A stretch of DNA of 63,166 bases, from IMG/VR virus record IMGVR_UViG_3300037191_001756, positions 1-63,166 of that record; one strand, given 5' to 3'. The position numbers were made by a program, and so were the translations under genes. Below, piece after piece: positions 18,001 through 30,000 of the stretch (positions are counted from its first letter, which is position 1; every line of letters starts with the position of its first letter). The notes below the pieces were generated by a model. The model saw only the letters and a list, made by a program, of their open reading frames with translations. It made no database searches and was not told the DNA's origin. The DNA is from a virus. Its lineage: Duplodnaviria > Caudoviricetes.

Positions 18001-21000
18001 AGAAGCTAGAGTATTAGCTCTTACTCCAACAGATTCTGCTAAAACTGTTTTAGCTTTGTGAGTAGGAGCAAGAAATAAGGTATGTCTGTTATTAACTAAT
18101 TTTTTAATTATAGTAGTTTTACCTGTTCCTCCTCTTCCTGTTAATACAAAAATCTTTTCGTCAGAGTCTAAAAACTCTCTCATAGATTTTAAAGCAGCTT
18201 CTTGACCTTCATTAGCATAGACTCCTGGGAATAGTTGAGTTCTTCCTGTAGAATTATCAGGTAATGCATCACCTTCAACTTCTGTAGGTGCTTGTGAATT
18301 ATTTTTATAATTTTTAAACTTTTCTATGTCTTTTTCAGAACCTAATATATGAATTTGAGGTGAAGATTTAACAACGTATTCAGTACCTGTGTTTGTTTTC
18401 CCTTCTCTTTCCCCTATTACACCATCATTATTTTTAGTATTTTGTCCAATCTTATCAATATCAATGTAAGTATTATTAACAATTACCTGCTCTAACCCTC
18501 CTCTAACTTCTGTGGCTTTAGCAGGATTTTTAATATTAATAATTGCAGCAGTTACTGAACCTTTTGGAGTAGTAACTTCCTCTTCATTAGGAAATCCAAA
18601 TATATCTAATTGGTCTTCTGTATAACTAAGGTCAGTAGCTCCTTTTTTAATTGAAGTAAAATAAACACCCTTTCCAAATGTCCCTTTTTGAGAGGGCTTT
18701 AAATCTCCTTCAATTTTATTTTTACTACCATGGTAGACTACTTCTTTTACTTTACTGTCAGGGAATATACTACTTACATAGTCATTATACTCTTCTTCTG
18801 TACCTATAGAAGATAATTCAGAATTAGAATTGAATATTTCTGAAACACCTTTAATTAAAGCTGGTTTTTGAGTATCTTTTTTTACACCTTCATAAATTCC
18901 TGTATCATTATCAAAACCAAACTCTTCTAATAATCTTTGTTTTAAATAAGCATAAGTTTTAGGAGCTTTTTCTTTAAGCTTAGCTAAACCTGTACCTAAG
19001 CCATCTTTAGGAAATACTATAGGTCTTCCATCAGTTTTAATAGCTTGTATGTCCTTTTCAATAATCTTTATATTGGCTTCATACCAACTGTTCATAGAAC
19101 CATCATCAACATCAGACATAAATGCTTCTTCATTGTTATTAGGAGCAACTTTGGTAGAAATCCCAAAAGCATTCTCATTATTCCTAATCTGTGCTTGACC
19201 TCCTGTACCTTTTCTTTTATTGTTATCTCCAAATATGTATATTTTATCTGGATTAGCTTTTACATCTGAATTTGAATATCTTTTTACAACTTCTACATTA
19301 TCTTTTTGCTCTATTTCAGTATCTTTACCTTCAACTTTTGTAGGTGCTTGTTCTTGATTTCTATTTTTCTTTATAATATCACCTAGTGTTTCTTTTATTC
19401 CATACTTTTTATCTATGCTTTCAGTGTATTTAAAATCTATTGAATTTAAATTAAAACTATTTTGAGAAGGAGTTTCTTTTAAATCTTTTTTCATAGATTC
19501 AAGAAGATTTTTTGGTATAGCAGCTTCTATACTTTTCAACATAAACTCTTCTGACATCTTAGAAGAGCTTATAAAAGATTCCTCTCCGTTTTTACCTTCA
19601 TCTTTATAAAGAGTGTAAGAAAAAGGTTTATCTTTTTTTGGATTGTAAGACAACTTTGCCATCCAAGTACCTGATGCTCTCTTAAATAATATTTTAAAAT
19701 TACCACCTGTAGTATTAGGAATTATTTCTGTTATAGTACTTTCATTATTTTCAATATAATCTTTTAATTCAGTGTTTCTAAGACCTACAACAGAAGAGTT
19801 TTTTTCGTCAGCTATTGCTCTTAATATATCAAAGTCAGATTTCTGTACTTTTGGTGTTTCAATTTCAAGTCTTGAAAAACCCTTTTCTTGAGTATTATCA
19901 ACTGCACCTCTGTCAAAATAAGTATCATAATCAATCATCTTCATACCTGCTTCTGAAGCAGCTACATAACTAGAACCTGGAAGCTTAATTTTATTTATTC
20001 TATTATTTACAATAGCATTCATTAAACTTTCAAACTTATTACTATCAGGTGACAACCACAATGGAACTTCAAACTCTATTGATATTATATTTCCTTTACT
20101 ATCTTTTTCAGTTTTTAATTCTAACCCATCAATAGAGTTTTCTGAGAATCCTCTGTCTTTAGCTTCATTAATAAGTAATTCTTGTAAGTTAGTTAAAACT
20201 TTTTGATAGTCTTCTTTACTTTCAATTTCTCCACTTTTAGGAAGACCAATTTCTTCATACAAATCTTGAATTACATTATCTATGTACTCATTGTATAATC
20301 CATCAAATTCTTCTTTAATAGCAGGTCCATCAAATAATTTTGTCTTTAATTGAGAAAGACCATCTCCCATTAATAGTTTTAATACTTGAGAACCCTGTGA
20401 TACTTTGTCATCATTAGATTTTAATGATTTCATAGGTACATCCATTTGAATTCTAAAGTTATTTCTATCTAAAGAAACAGTAGCTTTATCAATCTCTAGT
20501 TGAGATACATCTCTTACTGTATTGTCAGGATTTAAAATTGACAAAGCATTACTAGTTGAACCTACTTTGTTTGCAGATTGGTAAGAAGCTCTTACTCCTT
20601 TATATTGAATCTTTCCATCAGGTCCTTTAGTATAAGCTCTTTTTTCTAGTAATCTTCTTACTTTATCTAATTCCTTACCTTTTGTTAATTGAGGTAATAG
20701 AGGGAAAGAAGAAGATTTTATGTACATAGTTCTTGCAACTCCATTAATAGTGTCATCTATCATTCCTGTATAAACAGGCTTAATAGGTTGCATCATTAAC
20801 TTAACTAAAGCATGACTTAGTAAATCTTTTTTATTTATTTCTCTACCTTCAGCTTCAGCTGCTACTTGATTTCTTATTTTTTCTTTTGATTTGTCATACA
20901 ATTTCTTGGTTACTCTACCTTGTCTGTATAGAGTATTAAGATGTTCTTCAGCAGTAGTGTACTCTTGAGCATCAGCTCCTTCAATCTCAAAATACTTGTC

Positions 21001-24000
21001 TAATTCAGGATAAGTTTCTTTTAATATGTTTTCAGCTTTAACTTTATCAGTAGAATTTTGTGCATTTTTATAATCGTCTACTAATTTCTTAGCAGCAGCT
21101 CTCTCTTCGGTGCCATACTCTAATTCTACTAGAAACTCTACATTTTCTGTAATTGCAACCCAATCATGTAACATAATTTGGTCATAAGAATCATCAACAC
21201 TATTGCTTAACTTAGAACCTGGAGCAATTAGTAAAGCTAATCTCTTATCCATGTTTCCATCTAAAGACTTAGATATCTCATCAAATACTCTAGGATTATT
21301 TACATGTTCTGCTCTTAGTACTCCTGGAGAATCAAAATACTTGTTGATATTTCCTTTAGCATATAAAGCAGGGTCACCTGAAAACAATTGAAATATATTA
21401 GCATTAGAAATTAAACTGTTAAAAGAGAAATCCATTGCAGCTATATGAATAGCTTTGTTAAAATCTGAACTTCTACTACTTAAATATAATTTATCTAATT
21501 TAGAAACATTTTTACCAGTTTTAGGGTCAACAGAGATATACTCATTTTCTCTAAAACTATCAAGAGTATTTTGGTACTCTTGGTCAACTAATCCTTCTAA
21601 AGACACTAAGGCTTTGCTTTTGAAATTGTCTTCAAAGAATTTTACATCTATATTACCTGCTTCATCTAAATCTAGTATCTGAGCAAATGTTTTACCATTA
21701 TGTTTTAATTTATTAATTTCAGGAAACATTAAAAATAAATAAGCTCCTGCATCATACCCTTTAATATCTGTTTTAGCTCCTTTAGATTTAAAGTCAACCA
21801 TTCTTTGAACTTCAGATAGAACTAAGGTTCTGTAAGCCATTTCTATCATCTCTTTAGATGCTATAGCTTTGTTATCTTTAACTTGTACTATTTTATCAGT
21901 TATATTAAATATACCTGTTTTCATAATCATCATCTGAGTTTTATCAGACATATTAGGAAAAAACATAGTAGCCATCCTCATAGGAAGATTCTTAAAAGGA
22001 CTTTTTATACTACCTTGCTTAGTGTCTTGAAAAGCACCTAATTTAGTATAATCATGGTCAATAGCTGATAAATCTGTTACACCTGCATCTCCAAATAAGT
22101 CAGCATTAAGTTGTTTTAATGCTGTTAAACCTAGATGATTTACTTCAAACTTATCTCTTAAAGGAGAGTCTTTCTCTCTTAACATTTCAAGAATATAAGA
22201 AGTATTGTTAAATGCTTTTTCATGCAACATATTTCTATACTTATCTCCATAATCTCCTTTATGTGTCAATTTCTGAGCTGTATCAGTAGCCACTGTAGTA
22301 GCTGTAAACCCAAACACTGATTTACCTGCATCTCTGAATACACTTGGAGATGGATAAGTGTTGTACTTTCTTTCTAAAGAAATTAACCCCTTCAATATGT
22401 TGGACATATCAGAGAAAGGATGATTTGCATCATCTATGCTTTCAAAAGCAGTGTAATCTCTTTTTTCTAACCCTTGTAGCCAATTAGTTAAATACCCAAA
22501 TACTCCTGTAGTGTTCCCACTAACTCTGAACATACTCTCAAAAGTCACTTTCTTAGAGCCATCTTCGCTATCAAAAAACCAACCTTTGTTAATTAAATGA
22601 CTTAATGATTCAGGATTAAGTATTAGACCAAACCCATTAAGAAACTCTACTAACTCTGCAATTTTAATTCCTTGTGGAGTAAAACCTTCTTTATCAAAAA
22701 TAAATCCTCCACTATCTTTAACTTGTTTAGCAAATTTTTCTCCTAAATCTTGAAGTCTTTTTGCTTTTTCTTTATTAATAGATGTGTTTCCTTCTTTATT
22801 TAACTCTACTAATGCAGAATTTTCAAACTCTGATAAAAAGTGTTTTCTTATTACTTTAATAATGTCACTAGAATTTGTGTCAAATATTTTAACATCATAC
22901 TCATTACCTTGCCCTTTTTGATAAGAAACAAATTGCATTTTTAAAGTATGTTTAGTCATCTCATATCCAAACATATTTTGAACACCTTCATCACTTTCAG
23001 ATAACTTGTCATGAACTTGTTTCATAGTTGGGTCAGACTCCCCTTTCTCTTTTAACCTTTCTAATAAGACATCTACACTTGATAATAAACCATCAGGGTG
23101 ATTTAAAGTACTTAAAGTCATGTCATATACTTCATCAAAAGATTTGTATTTAATAACTCCTAAAAATCCTTTCTTAGTTTTATTTCCAATTCTATCTTGG
23201 ATACCAAACATGAATCTTTTTAATTTAGCAGAAGACTTTGATTTTGGATTCATTTCTACAGCTCCTTTATCAAATACTTTATCTTCCCCTACATCATCTG
23301 TGTCAAGGACTTCTTCTTGGTTGGTTGTAGATATATCTACAAACTTGTTAAACTTAGCTTCAGCTCTCTCTAATAGCTCCTCTTTGTTATTTCTAACAAT
23401 ATCAATAATATTCTTTAACTCATTTATTTTAGTAGTTAAAGATTCTGAGTCTGCTACTTCGGATAACCTGCTTTCTAAAGCTTCAATTTCATTTTCTTTA
23501 TTGTTAATAACTTCATCGAAATCTTCAGCTACATTTTCGATTAGAAGTTTTTTTGTAACAGCTTCTTCATCAGTTATATATTCAGCAAATCCATGAACTA
23601 AATAATCTACTAAATCTGAAGTCTGTTCTATGGATAATCCTGTTACAGCATTGTCATTTTCTATTACTGTAGTTGAAGTCATAGAGTTATATAAACTGTC
23701 TATAAGCTCTTCTACATTGTCAATATCTGTTTCTTCTATAACTTCTTCTCTAAGAGCAGAAGCTATTGTAGTAGTGGTCATAACTTCTTCTTCTACACTT
23801 AAGTTCTTACCCTCTACTTCTTTTACTACAGTCTCTTCTGTCTGCTCTATAACAACTATTGGGGAAACAATTTCAGGTTCTACAATAGTAGGCTGATTTA
23901 AATTCTTTTCTACTGTATCTTTTTTCTCTTTCTTAACCTGAGCAACAGCTCCTTCTTTGTCAATTTGAGATTGATTCTTTGATATTTTAAAACTTATCTT

Positions 24001-27000
24001 TGGCTGTACAAAATTAATTGTTTCACCTCCTAATTGAAAAGAATTATAACTAGAAGCCATAGATGCTCCTAATACATCTTTCATTGTACCTTCTCTTTTA
24101 AAAGCAGGACCTGATTCACCTTGTGTAATCATTGGAGAATCCATGTTCTCAAACAAAGTTCTCGAAGGATTAAATTTCATATCAGCAAGTAAAGCTTTAA
24201 AATCTTCTGAACCAATAAAAGTATTCTTATCATAGTAATAACCTACTCTTTTGTCTGTGTCAGGATATTTTTTATTTGGACCTATTTTTCTAGTCTGTGC
24301 AACATATTTTCCTGCTTTGACTACTCTGTAAACTACGAAAAATCCACCATCTTGAGAAAAAATAATATCTTCTCCATTTTTTAAAACTTTAGGTCCATAC
24401 AACTTAGTGGCTGCATCATTAATAGCATTAATTCTTCTTGCTCTGTATCTTCTTTTCTCAGCAGGAGTACCAACTTTATCAGTTTTAGAACCTTTTATAT
24501 TATTTTCGTTTATTACAACACGAGACCCTCCTAACTTAACAAAGTTAAGCAAGAAGTCATTAAAAGTCTTTGGATTTGTATTTAATTCTGCTATACCTTG
24601 AGGAAACCAGCCTTCTGTAAGCTTTGCTAATTTTTTCCCCACAGCATTCTTGCTTTCTTTAGAAGCTGTAGAAGTAAATTGAGCCATCAATCCTGAAATC
24701 ATGTTTAAAAGACTAACATTATCTCCAAGTGTTTGTGGTAATAAGTACTGAGCAATATATCTTCCATCAGGTTTTTCTAATAACTCCATATAAGCTCCTG
24801 GAGGAAAAGGTTTGTTATGAGTATCAACTTCTTCTTTATTGATGACCTTATTTCCAATTACAAAATTTCCAGAACCATCTACAAATGATACAACAGAGTT
24901 AGGTTTTGTAGACAAAGGTCTGATACCTTGAGGATTATCTTCTGTCACAACAACTTGTGGAGCAGTTCCTATTGTCTTTCCTGAAACAGTAATAGACAAA
25001 GAACCATTGCCAGATACAGCTTTTCTTAAAGAGTTTATTTCTTTTTTACCTTTTTCAATTTGAGCTTGTACATCTTTACTATCTTCTCCTTGTACATTCC
25101 ACTCATTAAACCAATCTTGCTCTCTAATCATAAAGACAGGGTCTCCATTCTTATTGTAAGCCATCATAGGTACTCTAGCATACCATTCAGCAGAACCTTC
25201 TACTATGTTGTTTCTTGTAACATAGTTTTGAAAAGTTTCACTTTCTTTAGGTATCCCATTTTCATCAAATTTGTTTATAGAGGTACCAAGAGCATTAGGA
25301 GAAATTTGAATGTGCAATTCATCTCCTTCTTTAACTCCATTTTTTGTCAACAATTCTTGATGTTTAATATCATCTTCTGAATTTAACTCATTAGATGTAT
25401 AGACAAATCCCCATTCTCCTGATTCAAATTGTACTAATTTATGTGGTATAGATAAGTAAACAGCATTAAAAGATATTTCTTCTAATCCAGTATCTATAGT
25501 CACTACTTGCTTTTTACCATTAGGCAAAGCTTTTACTACTTCATTACTTTTTTCAATTTTTTTATCATTGTCGGAGTTATACTCTGCTATCTCTCTATCA
25601 CTAAGTATTTGAGTAGATAAAGTAATTAAGTTATTATTAATTGAGTTTAAACTTCCTCCATTAAATATGTCATCATAAACTTCTACATAATCCATAGAAG
25701 GGTAATTATTTGCTTCCCATCCTATTTTCAAAGCCTCAAACATAGAATCAGCAAACTCTTCATTATTTAATTCAATAATTATCTCTATAAACTCTTGAAA
25801 ATCAGGAGCATACCCTATTTTTCTTTTAGTAGAACTGTAAAATCTTTTTACAGTTTGTTTTAATTTATTTTCAGCTTCTGAAGGTAAATTTTCTTTTAAT
25901 CCTAATGGTAACTCATCTTTAGAATTTAATTCTCCATAAGATATTTCAGCTTTTTCTACTAATTCCCAAACATCTTTTCCTTCTGCATTTCTTACTTTTC
26001 TAAGCTTACCTCTTTTACGTGTTACAATTTTAGTTGCTTTAGAGTCGTAATTACCTATAGTGTTTGAAACAGGCTCTACTCTATTTCCTGGGTCATTTAA
26101 AGTTGCAGTAAAAGTCGTAGGTGAATTATGAAATTCAAACTCTGCGGTATCTCCATCAACAAATAGCTTCCAAATACTAGCTCCTGATTTAGGAGAGCTT
26201 TGTCCATTTTTAACTGTAAACTCACCTTTTCCATTAGGAGCAGGTAAAAACATAGGAGTTCCTTTAGGAGTATCCATTGTTTTAGTTTCAGAAGTAGATT
26301 GTACAGCTTGACCTGGTAATTGAAATCTCTCAATACTTTGTGTATCAACTTTTTCTACAGAAGACTCTACTTTTGTAGCTTGATTTTCAGCGTTCTTTAA
26401 TTCAATAGCAAGATCACTTTTTTGTTTATTAATAGCCTCACGTTCATTAGAAAGTTCTTTTACATTATCTCTACGTGTTTGTTTTTCAAGTGATAACTCT
26501 TCAGCTTTTTCGCTTGTAAATTCACCATCAACAAGTATGATTTTAGATCCTTGATTAAACTCTTTTGCACCACCTACTACAACATCGATAGAGTTAAGTA
26601 TATCGTTTTTAATCTGTTCGTAATTGTCAGTATCTTTATTTAAACCTAAGATAGCAAGTATACTATCAATAACGTTATTTATAAAACTTTTATCTTCTTT
26701 TTTATTTAAAGTATTAACTACCCATTTTCTAAATTCAGAATCGCTAATAAAAGCTGCTTGAAATTCTACTAAATTAAGCTTTCTTAAACTAGTTTTCTTT
26801 TCACTATTAGTCATGTTTATTTTCAAGTCCTCTAATAGTCTATTAAAACTAACGAGCTCTTTAAGAACTTTACTATTAACTCTATAACCTGCTTCATCTT
26901 TTGCTTCTGCCATAGCAGTTTCTATCATCGGTGCTATAGCAGCTTTAGCAATTTCATAACCAAGTGAACGTTTGCTTGAAAAAGGATTTCTAATTGAATT

Positions 27001-30000
27001 TCCATCAGAATCAAGAGTATCTGATTCTGGCGATAACATTACATCTGCTAATTTCTCTAAAAAAGAATCCCTTTCTTTAAATACCATCCATAACTTTTTA
27101 TCTACAGTCATGTTATTAGGTAATGCTTCAATTACAGAATCAGGTATGTTTTGTTCTTTTAAGTATCCTTTAAAATGTTTGTCAAACTCTGCTGTTTCTT
27201 CATCAGTACTTTCGTCAACATCTTCTTCTACACGTTCATTATTATTTCTTTTTTTAATATTAGCTAATTCAATAATTTCCTGTTCAATTATTTTTTCAAT
27301 AGCTTCTTGTTCATCAATCTGTTCTTGAATAAGTTCTTTAAGTTCGTTGTTAAGAGCTATTGTTTTTTCATTTATCTCTTCACGTTTTTTTTCAATAGTT
27401 GTAATTTGAGCTTCTTCTAAAGCAGTTACTTTTTTAGGCTTAGGAGCATCAACTACTTTTAACCCTGATTTAGGTTCTACAACTACAGGAACTACTTTAG
27501 CTTCTTTCTCAGAAGTTAATTCTTCTGCTATACTTTTTAATTCGTTAATTAAATTAAGATTTTCTTCTTCTAGTTCTACTATGTTTTCTCTAGAATTAGA
27601 CATCTCTTCTTGTATAACTATTTCTGGAGAAAATTCTTGCTCTTGAACCTCATATTGAGGTTCAGCTCCAAATTCTTGAGTACCTATTTCAGCAGGTTCT
27701 TCAGGAGTTTTTAAAGGAACTCCTTTTTCGGAAGAAGGAATTTCTGCTGCTTTTTCTTCTTCTTTCTTAATAGCTTTAGCTTTTGCCTTTGAAGCTTTAT
27801 TTTTATTTTCTTCAGTATCAGGAAGCACTTTAGCAGCAGCTTCTACTTCTTTTACAGAAATAGCTTTTTCAATAGCTTCTTTAGCTTTTTTTACTTTATG
27901 TTCTTTTCTAAACCCTTCTTTAGACCAATCTAATAACTGAGTTTCTGCTTGGTCTAATACTTTTTCAGCATGTATTTCTCCTATCTTAAGACCTAAGTGA
28001 GTTGCTTTGTCAATTAAATTCATAGACCTACGTTCTTTAGCTCCATTAGTCCAATCTGGGTCAGCTTTAAGTTTCTCCATTTCATTTAAAACAGAAGTTC
28101 TACCAGCGATATTAGCATTGGTTTGACCTTTATCAGAAGTAATAATCATTGCTGTATTCTGATTCATCAACTCATAATACTCTTTACCTATATCAGATAA
28201 AGCAGCATAATGTTTGTCAACATTTTCAAAGTCTTTTAAGTCTTCTTTAATACTTAAACCTTCTTTTTTTAAATCCCTTACTACACTTTCAGCATGAGCA
28301 GCATTCATAGCTGAGTTGACATCTCCTTTAAACTTATTGTGATATTTACTGTAGTCAGCTTTAATTTCTTTAGCTTCTTCTAATAATGAATCAACATTAT
28401 CAGCCATAAAATCTAAATCAACTTGACTTTCAATTCCTACTACATCTCTTAAGTAATCTAAATTATTATCTTCAATTGCTTTTTGAATCTCTTCTAAATT
28501 ATCAATGTGCAGATTAAATCCTTGCTCATCATTATTTAGTTGGTCATATTGTAGAGCTTCAAAAACACTAGCTTTACTCATTTCTAACTTATGTTCATAC
28601 AAGGCTTTCTTATTCTTAGGGTCAATCTTAGACATAGCTTGTAAGTCCTCATAATTTCTAGCACCCACAGAAGATAGAAATTCTGTGTACATGGCATCAT
28701 TTCTTTTAGTTGCTCTTCTTTCTGTAAAATTTAAAGAGAAAGCTGAACCCATAGCTTTAAAACCAACTCCACCTAAAGCTCCACCAATCATAGAATCTCT
28801 TAACTCATGTCCTTTAGTTAAATGGTCAAGATAAGTAGTTTCTTTAAAAATTTTATCTTTTTGTAATGTTCTAAACTCTGCATACTTAGTCATAGATGTT
28901 TCTAACCCCTCTTCAAAAGCTTCAGATACAACTTGTACTCCATAGTTTATTCCTCCTTTTGCATACTTGTTAGTAACATTAGGAAAAGTTCTTTCTGCAA
29001 AAGACTCAATTAAAGAACCAAATCCTGTCTTAGCTTGAGCTTTACCTCCTGTAAAAGGATTATATTTACCTGCTACAGCACTATATTGAAATCCATTTAA
29101 TAACATCAATGGAATAGCTTGTAATTTAAAATTCAAAGCAGAGGCATCAGCAGCTTTTTGCTTTGAAGTATCATCATCGTATCCTAATTTTTTATACTGA
29201 TTAAAAGTAGCTTCTCCTGCACCAAGAGAATTCATAAATGCTTGTTTAAATCCTTGTGCAGCTCCAAAACCTCTTTGGAATTTAGAAGTATTTGCCATAG
29301 CAGACTTAACTCCAAACTTAAGCTTTTTTGCAAGAGATAATCCTTTTTGTACACTTCTCGCTGTTTTAGCAGCACCAGCAAGATTACCTGTTCCTCCTGT
29401 TATAAGACCTAATGCAGCTTGTTCTGCAAATGTAGCTGCAATTAATCCTGTAGAATATCCAAAGTTTTGTAATTGATTACCCCAATAAGCTCCACTCCAC
29501 ACATCATCACCATCTTGATAGATAGCGTATTTTTCTCCAGCAGTTTTTTGAAAAGCTTTAGCTTGGCGACCAAACCAATTTTCATATTCATAAGTAGCAT
29601 CTTTACTTGCCATAGCTGCCATACCTACAGGGTCATTAGAACCTAATAAGTCTAAAACTCCTGCCTTAAAGTTTAATTTAAATCCTGCAATAGTATTTAA
29701 AAATACCTCTCCTTTACCTTGGTTAAGAGCAGCTACTCTCTCTGTGTCTTTCATATCACCAAAAGTGTTGATATTCTTTCTAGCTTGTTCATACCTAGGG
29801 TCTAAGTATTTCTCTCCTTGAAGATTATCAGCATTAGCTGTAGTATATCTAGTATTTCTTGGGTCAGGACTATTTATTTTTCTTTTTCTATCATTCTCTG
29901 CATTACTTCTACCTATGTCAGCAAGTGTTTCTTTAGAAGCATAAGTATATCCTTCTAATTGCTTGTCTACTTTTTTAGGAGGTTCATTACCTACATTCTT

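Noticed and set aside
16290-19950. Insert in the RNAP as an intein or self-splicing intron
   Set aside because: No Cys-initiated Hint motifs, no HN/C-S-T junction recognised, no LAGLIDADG motif and no frame break; the content is helicase, ART and macro-like
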